NCBI GenBank assembly: GCA_951406725.2
Contig: OX597814.1
Span: 202,368,001-202,432,000 of the forward strand
Origin: Octopus vulgaris
Lineage: Eukaryota
Direction: 5' to 3'
Length of the DNA: 64,000 bases
Numbering within the stretch: position 1 is the stretch's first letter; each line of letters begins with the position of its first letter. The position numbers were made by a program, and so were the translations under genes. Positions 40,885 through 54,197 of this stretch are shown here, one piece after another. The notes beneath the pieces are model-generated. The model saw nothing but the letters and a program-made list of their open reading frames with translations, ran no database searches and was not told the origin of the DNA.

Positions 40885-40948
40885 AAAATTCAATATTACA
40901 CTGATGAGATAAATTAAGATTGAAATACGTACGTGTAAATGAAATTTT
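40885..40948 (+). ncRNA. Degenerate type I hammerhead-like motif
   Basis: ttaca CTGATGA gat(aaattaag)att GAAA tacgta cg tgtaa; cleavage-site register is imperfect. Confidence 0.4.
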
Positions 40949-41031
40949 GTTACCTTCCTTTTTTATTTATTACGAAATATGAATGAAGAAGATTTCATAT
41001 GATTCTGGATTTGGAGCTTCTATGTAATCCA

Positions 41032-41342
41032 GTGGAGGTGCAATGGCCCAGTGGTTAGGGCAGTGGACTCGCGGTAGGAGGATCGCGGTTTCGATTCCCA
41101 GACCGGGCGTTGTGTGTGTTTATTGAGGGAAAATGCCTAAAAGCTCCACGAGGCTACGGCAGGGGTGGGGGGATGGCGACCCCTGTTGTACTCTTTCGCC
41201 ACAACTTTTCTTCACTCTCTCTTCCTGTTTCTTGAGTAAAGCTGTGATGGAATGGCGTCCCGTCCAGCTGGGTGGGGGGGGGGGTTACGCCATAGAAACC
41301 GGGAAACCGGGCCCATGAGCCTGGCTAGGCTTGAAAAGGGCG
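41032..41342 (+). mobile_element. SINE family C, full length
   Basis: tRNA-like head gtggaggtgcaatggcccagtggttagg...ttcgattccc; gatggaatggcgtcccgtccag core; ccatgagcctggctaggc end. Confidence 0.9.
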
Positions 41343-41637
41343 AAACAAACATGTAATCCAGTAATCCTCTTCCCTCAACATTGCTGGTCTTATGCCGAGA
41401 TTCGAAACAGCTATTTTTGTTGTCGTTGTTGTTGTTGTTGTTATGCACAAGTTATAGTGTATCTTTTTCAAAAATCTCTTTCAGTCATTATTCTGCGGCC
41501 ATACTGGTGCATTGCCTTGAAGAATTTTTAGTCGAAAGAATGGACCTCAGTACTTTTTTTTAAAGCCTGGTACTTATTCTATCGGCCGCTTTTGACGATC
41601 CGCTAGTGGACGAACACATACACGAAGACACGCGCAC

Positions 41638-41676
<39 letters not shown>

Positions 41677-43333
41677 TACGACGGGCTTCTTTAAGTTACC
41701 AAAATCTACTGACAAGCTTTTCGCCGACCTAAGGCTAGGGTAAGAAGACACTTGCCCATGGTGTCAGGCAGTGGGACTGAACTCGGAACCACACAGCTAT
41801 GACTACTCCTATATATCAATTTCTTTTTCACAGAGATGTTATTCTGAGGTTTGTTGTGCCAATTGTTTTCAAAAAAATAAATAAATAAAAGCGAAGATTA
41901 TGCGAAGCATGAAAGAATCTTGACTTTATAAAATGAGCGTTCGCCAAAAAGTAATGGCCGACTAGTAAACTTCTTTTCCAAGCTATAAAAGATAAGTGAA
42001 GAACCTAAACTAATCACTTAGCTCAGAGTTCTTCATAATGGTTACGGTTAAAGGCTTTGTTGATGCCAAGGGTAAAAACATCGCTTGTGCTTAATTCTCA
42101 AGAGCGATAAATTGCTATTACATGACATGGGGGAGAATGGTGATTACTGAGGTAAAAAGAAGATCAACGTCATAAATATGATCACATTACAACCGTTTCT
42201 ATCTCTTTTAAGAAGTTGAAAAGGAGGACTATCGAGTTGTATTTTCCAGAATTAGACTGTCTTTTTTTTTTTTTGTGAATTGTTGCTCGATTACTTGTGG
42301 CTTAAGTACCGTATTTGTGACACACAGAATGTGACAAGGCCGTATTTGATGGCTTAAAAGATACACGGACATATAAGACAACACCAGTTTCAGAAGGATA
42401 TATTCAGGAAAAACGTTTTCCGTGCATTAAAGCATGTAATATATACTCGACTTCGCATATAAGATCCAGCGTGTGTTCTGAGACTCAGGGAGCGGGAAGT
42501 GCGTCTTATATATCGTCAAATACGATGTATGATAGCTGTAGCTCGAAGCAGTAAGTTTGAGAGCCGCACCTTCACTTTTATTCTGGTTCACATCAATGAC
42601 GTTTTTTGCTAAACAGAAGCAAATATTATATTCCAAATTCTTGATATTATGATATCTGTGTCGATGTCAAATTTGACTTCGTATGGTACACGTAATCGAT
42701 ATTTATTTCCTTGTTCTAGTTTCTTGTTTCTAGTTGAAAGTAACAGAAACAGATGCGAAGAACTTTTACACAAATCTCTATAAAAGAGTACCGATTGAAA
42801 AAATCTTGGTCCACTGTTAATCGGCCTTACCGACAAGTTCTTAAGCCTTTTACATCAAACTCATGATTAATGTCATTGAAAACAAATGGAGCGAAATAAA
42901 AAATGACAAACGTTACACGATTACCTAACATTATGAAACAAACTAGACACCCAAAATCTTTTACGAGACTACGACAATTTTTTTCTTATCTAACATTTTT
43001 GACAAGACATCGCTTCTCTCAAGAACAGCTTTCCCCAAGACGTTAAAACTCTTATCTCTTAACGACACATCAAAGATAAGCATAGGACGAGTGACGGTAG
43101 ACTCTGATCGTTCAAAACTTGTTTCAGTCATTTGACTGTGGCCATGCTGGAGCTCCGCCTTTAGTCGAGCAAATCGACCCCAGGACTTATTCTTTGTAAG
43201 TCTTATCTAACATTTTTGACAAGACATCGCTTCTCTCAAGAACAGCTTTCCCCAAGACGTTAAAACTCTTATCTCTTAACGACACATCAAAGATAAGCAT
43301 GGGACGAGTGACGGTAGACTCTGATCGTTCAAA

Positions 43334-43531
43334 ACTTGTTTCAGTCATTTGACTGTGGCCATGCAGGAGCACCGCCTTTAGTCGAGCAAATCGACCCCAG
43401 GACTTATTCTTTGTAAGTCTAGTATTTATTCTATCAGTCTCCTTTAGCGAACCGCTAAGTTACGGGGACGTAAACACACCAGCATCGGTTGTCAAGCGAT
43501 GTTGGGCGACAAACACAGACACAAAACATAT

Positions 43532-43570
<39 letters not shown>

Positions 43571-43732
43571 CGACGGGCTTCTTTCAGTTTCCGTCTACCA
43601 AATCCACTCACAAGGCTTTGGTCGGCCCGACGCTATAGTAGAAGACACTTGCCCAAGGTGCCACGCAATGACTGAACCCAGAACTATGTGGTTCGTAAGC
43701 AAGCTACTTACCACACAGCCACTCCTACGCCT
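43334..43732 (-). mobile_element. SINE family A, full length
   Basis: Reverse complement of 63024-63467. Confidence 0.92.
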
Positions 43733-44257
43733 CTTAGTTAAACATTCTTACCTATCGATGGTGATTTAAATTAGTTGGTCAACATGTGAAATGACAGCGT
43801 TGGGCAAAAGATGCTGTGGTATGTATTCTGACTCTCAAAGTTCAAATTGTTTCGAAGTTGATTTTCTTCTGCTTTTTTTATTAAACCTTTTCCAGAGGTA
43901 ACTGAATAATGGACCACTAATGTAGTGATTGTTGATTTCCTCGACTAACCATTCCTTATAAATATGTGGCCTGGCGCCTATGTTAGGAATCAATATTACA
44001 AATATTACAGAAAGGCAGAAATTTGGCAGAACCGGTAGAGTGTCACGATGACTTCTTTGCGATATTTAGCAAACCCTCATCGAAGTCAGTTTTGCCTTTC
44101 TTCATTCCTGGGTCAACAAAATGAAATCTCAGACAATTATTGGTTCGATGCGATCAACTTTGTCTTCAAAAATAAGATTCTGTGCCTGTATCAAGACTGG
44201 ATCTTACAAACTGAAAAAAGAAACCAAAAACAAAGTCAATTGGAAAGATTGGGGATT

Positions 44258-44460
44258 TACTCTTTACTTGTTTCAGTCATTTGACTGTGGCCATGCAGGA
44301 GCACCGCCTTTAGTCGAGCAAATTGACCCCAGGACTTATTCTTTGTAAGCTTAGTACTTATTCTAATGGTCTCTTTTGCCGAACTGCTAAGTTACGGGGA
44401 CGTAAACATACCAGCATCGGTTGTCAAGCGATGTTGGAGGGACAAGCACAGACACACAAC

Positions 44461-44519
<59 letters not shown>

Positions 44520-44757
44520 ATATATATATATACATACATACATATATATATAAATATATATATATACACATACATATATATATATACATATATACGACGG
44601 GCTTCTTTCAGTTTCTGTCTACGAAATCCACTCACAAGGCTTTGGTCGGCCCGAGGCTATAGGAGAAGACACTTGCCCAAGGTGCCACGCAATGGGACTG
44701 AACCCGGAACCATGTGGTTCGTAAGCAAGCTACTTACCACACATACACTCCTACTCC
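44258..44757 (-). mobile_element. SINE family A, full length
   Basis: Reverse complement of 63024-63467. Confidence 0.92.
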
Positions 44758-44777
44758 AATAAAACTTTTAAAAAATA

Positions 44778-45449
44778 TTCTTTTCTACTCTAGGCACAAG
44801 ACCCAAAATTTTGGGGAAGGGGGCCAGTCGATTAGATCGACCCAAGTACGCAACTGTTACTTAATTTATCGACGCCGAAAGGATAAAAGACAAAGTCGAC
44901 TTCGACAGAATTCGAACTCAGAACGTAAAGACTGATGAAATACTGCTAAGCATTTCCTCCGGCATGCTAACGTTTCTGCTAGCGCGCCGCCTTGTCTTTA
45001 AAAAATATTCATTTCTTTATTGCCAACAGGAGGCTAAACATAGAGGGGACAAACAAAGGGATTAAGTCGATTACATCGACCCCAGTGCATAACTAGTACT
45101 TAATTTATCGACCCCGAAAGGATGAAAGGCAAAGTCAACCTCAGCGGAATTTGAACTCAGAACGTAACGGCAGCCGAAATACTGCTAAGAATTTCGCCCA
45201 GCGTACTAACGTTTCTTATTTCTTTATTGCCTACAAGGGGCTAAACATAAAGGGGACAAACAAGGACAGACAAAGGGATTAAATCGATTACATCGACCCC
45301 AGTGCGTAACTGGTACTTAATTTATCGACCCCGAAATGATGAAACGTAAAGTCGATCTCGACAGAATTTGAACTCAGAACTTAACGGCAGCCGAAATACT
45401 GCTAAGAATTTCGCCCAGCGTGATAACGTTTCTGCCAGAACGCCGCCTT
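44778..45449 (-). mobile_element. SINE family B array (3 units)
   Basis: Repeated B cores; ctttaaaaaatatt-like motif at both ends and internally. Confidence 0.9.
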
Positions 45450-45865
45450 AACTTTAAAAGATATTTTTTAAAATAATATTTGTTTATTGTTAGGAGATAA
45501 CAATTCGATCGTTTCAAGTCTCCTTTTCAAGTGAAGCATGGCTCTGTTCGAAATATTTATAATTCTCGACAATTGCCAACGTTTCCTGAATACACTTTGT
45601 ATCATTATGTTTTATAATCAGTGAATTGTTGCCCTTTATCTCCGAGTTATTTACATTTTATACGTGAAGGTGCGTGCCGTTGGGTGATGCGACTAGTGGA
45701 TTACATCGACCTAGTACATAACTGGTACTTAATTTATCGACCCTGAAAGAATGAAAGATAAAGTCGACCTCAGTGGAATTTGAACTCAGAACGTAAAGGC
45801 GGACGAAATGCCGCTAAGCATTTTGCTTGGCGTGCTAACGATTCTTCCAACTCGCCGTCTTAATA

Positions 45866-45935
<70 letters not shown>

Positions 45936-45936
<1 letters not shown>

Positions 45937-46251
45937 TGCCCTGATGCAGTGCCAGGCACTGGCTCTCATGGCTTCAGATCAAAATTGATTGGAAATATTT
46001 AGATGTTCATATTTTGTCTTAATGTAAAAGATTTTTGAGCGGGATGCGCTCCTCGACCCGAAGAAAATTTCAACAGGCCCCACTCGTAAGATAACGCGCT
46101 GTTTATGTTGATATTAGATCACTATGTCCCGCACATATGGTTGTGATGCATGCGCCTGATATGACCTTATCAAATGAATAATCATGATGAGTGTACTGGG
46201 CTTGTTATATTTATTCCCCAGTGTCACTTTGATGGCATGTATTGCTCTCTC
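45936..46251 (+). mobile_element. Element E, diverged and internally deleted, with the longest 5' end in the window
   Basis: gccctgatgcagtgccaggcactggctctcatggctt...gctctctc(AAT)n. Confidence 0.75.
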
Positions 46252-46268
46252 AATAATAATAATAATAA

Positions 46269-46299
<31 letters not shown>

Positions 46300-46329
46300 A
46301 AGAAGAAGAAGAAGAAGAAGAAGAAGAAG

Positions 46330-46361
<32 letters not shown>

Positions 46362-46362
46362 C

Positions 46363-46413
<51 letters not shown>

Positions 46414-46414
<1 letters not shown>

Positions 46415-46908
46415 TTGAAAGACTTCAGACAAAGAAAATGCCTCCTCATTGATATGACTGTCCCAATCGATATAAACGTATCTGTCAAGACCTACCAAAA
46501 ACTGAGCATATATAAAGATCTTGAAATAGAAATCAGCAAAATGTGGAACCTGAAGACTAAAACAACACCTGTTGTCATAGGTGCCCTGGGAATGATAGCG
46601 AAAGGGGCTGATTGCTACCTAACTCAGTTACCAGGAAACCCCAAAATGGCAGAAATTCAAAAGATAGTGCTCATGGGAACTGCTCATATCCTACGCAAAA
46701 TACTCTCTATGTAATCCCAAGGTTTAAAACAAACTTTTTTTTTTTAATTTATGCATTAGACATTCACTAGTACAACACCAAAAAAAAACCCCAAATATAT
46801 GGCACACTAGGCATAACAACAACGTGAACTTCCAACCTGTTGTCTCTTGAGGTCTCTGGGTGAGACTTGGAGCCAACTTGTACAGACATAAAGCAAAAGT
46901 CAAACATA

Positions 46909-46910
<2 letters not shown>
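46414..46910 (+). mobile_element. R4/Dong-like family 2 tail
   Basis: KCLLIDMTVPIDINVSVKTYQKLSIYKDLEIEISKMWNLK...GTAHILRKILSM*; (TAA)n on both sides. Confidence 0.9.
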
Positions 46911-46985
<75 letters not shown>

Positions 46986-47205
46986 CTGGTGGTGGTGGTG
47001 GTGGCGAGCAATTTTAAGAGGATAACAATGTTTGTTGATAACATTGACCTCGGTACTTGATTGGTGCTTTATTTTATAGATCTCTAAAGGATGGGAAGCA
47101 AAGTTGACCTTGGCGGAATCTGAACTTAGAGTGTCAAAAAACCGATGGAAATATCAAAAAGCAATTTTTCCGAGGCTCTATTGATTCTGCCAGCGCACTG
47201 CTTTC

Positions 47206-47238
<33 letters not shown>

Positions 47239-47848
47239 GTGTTGCTGTTGTTGGTGGTGGTGTTGATGGTGGTGGTCGTGGTCGTGGGCGTTATGGTGTT
47301 CGTGTTGGCGTTGGTGCTGGTGGTAACGGTGATAAGAAGCAGGGAGAGGATAAGCAAATAGCTAAATAAAATAAGCGAAAAGACAAAGAGAACCAGAAGT
47401 AATTGTGTTGCTCACATGAAATATAGTAATATGCAGATTAATCTTTTAGAATGGATAAAAAAAAAATGTAAAGATATTAGCCAGCCTGTTTGGTAAAAAC
47501 TATTATAAGCGTTTGTGTTCAGTTTTATCCAACACGCAAATTGAATTTAGCTTACGTGACAATATTCAATCAACTCTCTCATCGCTTACTCCACAAAGCT
47601 GATACACACAGTTTGGGCCATTTATCTTATTAGTCTTTGCAAGTGATCCTCTTCACTGTCACGACACAGCGAAATTGTTGATTAGTCGGTTTTCATATTA
47701 TTAAAGGACATATATGTAGGTATTTGCAATAGCTAATATCGAAATATCTCTTCCGTGGCTTCTCGTCCCAGGAACAAAATTATAAAGGGTTTCGCAAAAA
47801 TATGTATACAGCAAAGAATGAAATTCGAGAAACTGGAGGACAGAATTG

Positions 47849-48192
47849 AGTCTTAGTCTTAGTTTTAGTTTTTCCCTCACACTAGACTTGCACATCGGGC
47901 CGTGGGACGTCTCTAATCATCCTGGTTTCGAGCATAGTCGCCAGCATCTTCGCAGGTGATGTTAGGTTACTCAAAAATCTTCTTTGAGGATTTGTGCGCC
48001 ATATCTTCTTGAGTTTTTTTCTCTTCCTTCGTCCATATGGTGGCACATATAGTGTAGCTGTCTTGGGTATTCGTTCTTCGTGCAGTCGGAAAAAAATGGC
48101 CCGCAAGCCTCACCCTTCTTTCCACCACAATCTTCAACAGAATAGAGTACAACACGCTAAATATTCAATATTCACCATGTTGGACAGCTGAA
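47849..48192 (-). mobile_element. RTE-like LINE 3' fragment
   Basis: RRVRLAGH / RLHEERIPKTATLYVPPYGRRKRKKLKKIWR (cf. R.RW.GH..R...RIPK....GKRKRGRP..TW); short (CTAARA)n tail. Confidence 0.75.
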
Positions 48193-48238
48193 CTCTACAA
48201 GTTTTTTTTCCTTCTCTCTCTGTATATTTTTTCTTATT

Positions 48239-48276
48239 TCTTTCTGTTGAAGAGCCTACGCTCGAAACATAAAGAA
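48239..48276 (+). ncRNA. Minimal hammerhead-like motif in a Penelope pseudo-LTR-like repeat (to about 48368)
   Basis: tcttt CTGTTGA a gagc(ctac)gctc GAAA cat aaaga; core has T for A; second copy at 25708-25813 (-) keeps GAAACGT. Confidence 0.45.
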
Positions 48277-48667
48277 CTTTTTCATCTTTTCTGGGTGTCA
48301 AACTAATACACTTGATTGTTGTTCATACACCTGTCTTCGTCTTTTGTTTTTCTATAAATTTCAACTAAGTATTCAATATGTTGTACATACTCATTGGTAA
48401 TTATAATTAATCGTGTTAAGGCCAACTTTGCTTTCACCTTTCTAGGATCGTGTGTATATGACTGCCACTCCACTGATTACGACAACGAGTGTTCCTGCTC
48501 GTGGAATTCGCGTGCAAATAGTTGAGTGCGCGACAGATACGTGTACCCTGAATGTAGTTCGCAGAGAGTTTCGGAGTGATACAGAATGTGACTAGGCTGG
48601 CCCTTTGAAATACAGGCACAACCCATTGTTGCTAGCTGAGTGGACTGTGCATATATACATATATATA

Positions 48668-48722
<55 letters not shown>

Positions 48723-48752
48723 TTGTTTTTATGCTAAGTTATATATTAAAAC

Positions 48753-49050
48753 GTGGAGGCACCTAGCCTAGTTTTTAGAGCAGCGGACTCGCGGTCGAGG
48801 GATCGCAGGTTCGAATCTCAGACCGGGCGATGTGTGTGTTTATGAGCGAAACCCCTAAGCTCCAAGCAGCTCAGGCAGAAGATAATGGCGAACTTCTGCT
48901 GACTCTTTCGCCACAACTTCCTCTCAATCTTTCCTCCCGCATCTTGCAGCTCCCCTGCGACGGACCGGCGTCCCGTCCAGATGGGGAACCTATACGCCAA
49001 GGAAACCGGGAAATCGGCCCATTATGAACCAGGCATGGCTAGTGAAGAAA
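48753..49050 (+). mobile_element. SINE family C variant
   Basis: Homologous to 60631-60927. Confidence 0.88.
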
Positions 49051-49854
49051 CAAACATATATTAAAACAACTTAATACAATAACAATAGTTTCTCCTCACG
49101 CTTCTTCAAAATTGTATTAAACTTTTGGAAAATACTGTAAATAGATACAGTTATATTGGATAACATGAAGAAGGTAAGTATAAAGAAAATCAGAAAAGAG
49201 GGGGGAATGATACAAGGGAGAGAAAGAGGGGGGAATGTTGGGAGAAGGATGGTGAAAGTGGCATCTTACAGATAATCCGCTATATCAATAGAAACGGACT
49301 AATTTTTCTAACAAAAAAACTGACGTTATACAATTGTTCAGACATAACAACATTTAGATTGCTGTAAAAAAATACGAATATGGGTAATAATTTCGTAATT
49401 ATGTATCGCCGACATAAAAGACAGACAAAAGGGTAGTGATGCTTTAGACTAATAATTGGAAGATAAATGTTTTAAGATATATTATTATTTAAAGTGTTTT
49501 GAAGAAAAATAAAGTTTAAATCATAAAATGAACTCAGATAAACCGAAAAAGAGATAAGAAAACAAAAGTGTTAGAATAAAATTAACGTCTTAAATATATT
49601 TTCAAAATAACGATAGTTGAGAGTTTCATAATAAAGATTGGGTTATTTACAATCGGGTTAAGTTAAGTGTTGTTGTCAGGCAGTCGCTTTCAAGGTAAGA
49701 AATGAGGTTATGTTTTGAAGGAATTGCAAAAGATAAAGAAATACAAATGATTAAATATAGAGTTAAATTAAGTTCTGAAAATGAATGAACAGACGATAAA
49801 TAACCAATGAACTTCGTAATTGGTTCTGTGTTGGGGAGGAAACATCACAATATA

Positions 49855-50076
49855 CTCTTTTACTCTTTTACTCATTTACTCTTTTACTTGTTTCAGTCAT
49901 TTGACTGCGGCCATGCTGGAGCACTGCCTTTAGTCGAGCAAATCGACCCCGCGACTTATTCTTTGTAAGCCCAGTACTTATTCTATCGGTCTCTTTTGCC
50001 GAACCGCTAAGTGACGGTGACGTAAACACACCAGCACCGGTTGTCAAGCAATGCTAGGGGGACAAACACAGACACA

Positions 50077-50166
<90 letters not shown>

Positions 50167-50326
50167 TAAGACGGGCTTCTTTCAGTTTCCGTCTACCAAA
50201 TCCACTCACAAGGCTTTGGTCGGCCCGAGGCTATAGTAGAAGATACTTGCCCAAGATGCCACGCAGTGGGACTGAACCCGGAACCATGTGGTTCGTAAGC
50301 AAGCTACTTACCACACAGCCACTCCT
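49855..50326 (-). mobile_element. SINE family A, full length
   Basis: Reverse complement of 63024-63467. Confidence 0.92.
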
Positions 50327-50884
50327 GGTTCCACGTTTTGGCACAGGGTCAGCGTTTTCAGGGAAGGGGCTAACTGGTACTTAATTTATCGACCCCGACA
50401 GGGATGAAAAGCAAAGTCCACCTCAGCGGAATTTGAATTCAAAACGTAAATCAGAGCGTAAAATGCCTGGTATGCTAACGATTCTGAACGATCGCCACCT
50501 CTTAGGAAACTAATATCATGGTCTAATAGTTCCATTTTGGATAAAATGGAAAAATCAAGCATCTCATTCAGTGTTTAGTATCAGTGGGGCTTTGATATTA
50601 AGCCATCGTACATTCTAAATTGCACATAACAGGAATACCTTTAAGATATGATGGCTTCATTATATCCTAAAAAATCAACCCTCAGTGAAACGAAAGAGTT
50701 GAGAAAATATATTTTGGTTCTTCAAAGATTTAGGATTAACTATTACGATCGAGTCATTTCTTCAAACAAATAAGTATTCCCAGATGCTTCAAAATATTAT
50801 AACAATGCTTTTGTAGCGATGATTTGGCCAGATTTGAATCATCACACTTGGATTTCCAGTTAAGAACCACTACTAAATTATATT

Positions 50885-51282
50885 CTTTTCTACTCAAGGC
50901 ACAAGGCCCGGAATTTTTGGAGAGGGGGACAGTCGATTAGATGGACTCCAGTATGCAACTGGTTCTTAATTTATCGACACCGAAAGGATGAAAAGCAAAA
51001 TCAACCTCAGCAGAATTTGAAATCAGAACGTAAAGACAGACGAAATACCTGTTTCTTTACTACCCACAAGGGGCTAAACACAGAGAGGACAAACAAGGAC
51101 AGACAAACGGATTAAGTCGATTACATCGACCCCAGTGCGTAACTGGTACTTAATTTATCGACCCCGAAAGGATGAAAGGCAAAGTCGACCTCGGCGGAAT
51201 TTGAACTCAGAACGTAACGCCAGACGAAATACGGCTACGCATTTCGCCCGGCGTGCTATCGTTTCTGCCAGCTCGCCGCCTT
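50885..51282 (-). mobile_element. SINE family B dimer with 17-bp TSD
   Basis: cactactaaattatatt at 50868-50884 and 51285-51301. Confidence 0.92.
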
Positions 51283-51669
51283 AGCACTACTAAATTATAT
51301 TGCCGTAAAAAGCATGCCTGGTTCATTGAAAGGACAGAATCCCGCGAAAATGCTTAGCAACCAGTCAGCATCGGCTGATATAGATTAACAGTGACAAAAA
51401 TTAAAGAAAACTAATATAATCATCTGGCCATATCGCTTCTAGAAGGTTCTAGAAAAGCTATGTCTTGTCTGATGTTATAAAAAGAAAGAAATCTGAAACT
51501 CACAGCAAAGTCAACAGAGATTCTACACGAAAACTTGTGACTTTGTTTCGGAACACAGGCTATCATCTTCCACTTGTCCTTACATAATATACAATGAAAA
51601 TACATACATGTACGACAGGGGTAGTTTTTCCTGTTTTAATGTCGACATACATAAATATATAAGTATGTA

Positions 51670-52647
51670 CAGAGCACGTAAGGTATTTGAGAACATACCT
51701 TTTTGGGGTCATTGCTGCATTTTTTTGCTAACTCTGTATAATCTTTGTTTCAGAAAATAATAATGGCAGACTCTCAGCTTACTCAAGAAATGAAGAAGCT
51801 TGCCGTTATTGTGGTTATAAAGGTTGAGCATAGCGATTTAGAAATATTAAAATTTGCCAGATCTTTCGTCTACAAAGTTTGTAAGGAGCTAGAGACTGAA
51901 GATGGAAACGTATCACCAGTATCGAAGCATAAAATATTTGGTTTTTCTCAAACGAGAAAAGCTTTGATCAAGATCAAAAAGTTAACAGAAGAGATGATAG
52001 ATGGTTATATGCAGATCCTTCTGAAGTTCCAAGTGTTATGCATACAAAATTTCCTGCAACTGTCATGGTTTTAGGGGTTGTCAGCAATGAAGGACATGTG
52101 ATGCTTCCTTACTTCTTTCCATTAGGCCTTAGAGTTAACTCTGCTACCTACATTGAGGTCCTGGAAACAATTGTTAAGCCCTGGATAGAGAGTGAATGCA
52201 ATGGAAGACTATATGTGTTTCAGTAAGACTCTGCACTATCATTCATGGCTCTAGTAACACAGGAATCAGGAATGGATGGCTGAAAATTTTCATGATCACG
52301 TAACTCCTAACATTGACCCCCTAATTTCCCAAATCTCAATCCATTGTTGAGAGAGAGGTCAATGAACACGTCCATAATACCAAAGATTCTTTGAAAGCTG
52401 CCATAGTCAGAGTAATGTCCAAAATGAACCAGGACCACTTGATTCGAGCATGTAGATGATTTAGACCTCATATAGAAGCAGTTATTGAAGCTGAATGTGG
52501 CTTTATTGAATACCATTATAGAAAAGAAGGTTTTTCTTTATCCTCAGTATTTTTTGCTAAATAAAGTTATTATCTGTAATTATATATCTGGGTTTTTTTT
52601 TTAAATATATAAGCATAAGTCTGTCCTCAGATATCTTACGCACCCTG
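51670..52647 (+). mobile_element. Tc1/mariner (maT/DD37D-like) transposon relic
   Basis: TA|cagagcacgtaaggtatttgagaaca ... tgtcctcagatatcttacgcaccctg|TA TIRs; TKFPATVMVLGVVSNEG...VKPWI...YVFQ*DSA...PPNFPNLNPL. Confidence 0.88.
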
Positions 52648-53097
52648 TATATACATACATAGTCATAATTATTTGCATTATTCTCTATTGTTTATAATGA
52701 TTTTTTCTTCAATAGGCGCAAAGCCTGAAATTTTGCGGGAGTGTGTAGTCGATTACATCAAGCCCCGTGATCGACTGGTACTTATTTTATCGACTCTCAA
52801 AGGATGAAAGAGAAAAGTCGACCACGGCGGAATTTGAACCCCAGAATATAAAGACTCACAAAACACCACTAATCATTTCTCCAGCGTGTTAATGATTGCG
52901 CATGCTCGCCGCCTTCCTTATTGATTATAATAATACACACATGTAGCAACAGATTGAACTGGAACTTTCTCTTTATCTTTCACATTGCAAAGCCTTTAAG
53001 TATTACATATATCCTTGCAAAAATGGTTTTCAATATAATATAAATATACTTTGTACATAAATAATGTATAAAAGGTTTGATATAAGAAATGTGTGGA

Positions 53098-53292
53098 AAC
53101 TCTTTTACACTTTTACTTGTTTCAGTCATTTGACTGTGGCCATACTGGAGCTCCGCCTTTAGTCGAGCAAATCAACCCCCGGGACTTATTCTTTGTAAGC
53201 CTAGTACTTATTCTATCGGTCCCTTTTGCCGAACCGCTAAGTTACGGGGACGTAAACACACCAACATCGGTTGTCAAGCGATGTGGGGTGGG

Positions 53293-53359
<67 letters not shown>

Positions 53360-53570
53360 ACCATTCTGTCTATGAGAGATTTAGAAATTTAATATTTCTG
53401 ATATATATATATCAGAAATATTAAATTTCTAAATCTCTCATAGAGATATGAACGGTGGTGGGGCGATAGAATGGTTGTATACTGGCTATACAGAATGGTT
53501 GTATACAGGGCTAAACAGCGGTGGTGTAACCTCTTACTGTCACGTTCACGTTAGATTGACAGTATACAAC

Positions 53571-53631
<61 letters not shown>

Positions 53632-53802
53632 TATATATACGACGGGCGTCTTTCAGTTTTCGTCTACCAAATCCACTCACAAGGCTTTGGTCGGCCCGAG
53701 GCTATAGTAGAAGACACTTGCCCAAGGTGCCACGCAATGGGACTGCACCCGGAACCATGTGGTTCGTAAGCAAGCTACTTACCACACAGCCACTCCTACG
53801 CC
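53098..53802 (-). mobile_element. SINE family A with a palindromic cassette inside its microsatellite
   Basis: A halves at 53098-53300 and 53638-53802. Confidence 0.9.
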
Positions 53803-54197
53803 TATTATTTATTGTGTGGTTGTTCTTATCGACAAACACAACCTTTTACCTCATTAGCAATGATGTTATAATGACCAGCCCACACGCTCAACCGAACATA
53901 TAAAATTCAGTCTATTATCAAGAACCACAAACACGCAAGAAAGCAGTTCAAGCATCTGGTATAATCCATCGTTTGATCTACAGGTTTATACTCACGTATT
54001 TAAAACCTTTAAAAAAATTTTTCAGAAGCATTTTCCCGTACAACATAAATAACCCAAAATTTTGAATAAAAATTGCACTAAAATATCTTATTCCGTAACA
54101 TCCAGATTTTTAGCATTCTCTCGTCCAGTATTAACACACAAAGATATAATTGTATTTACCATCACCGATATCCATAATTATACCTAAGCGCACCTAC

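Noticed and set aside
42427-42836. Possible Penelope RT traces (RPINSGP); similar hints at 49300-49600, 54780-55390 and 61100-61300
   Set aside because: Too decayed to assign by eye; needs a profile search.
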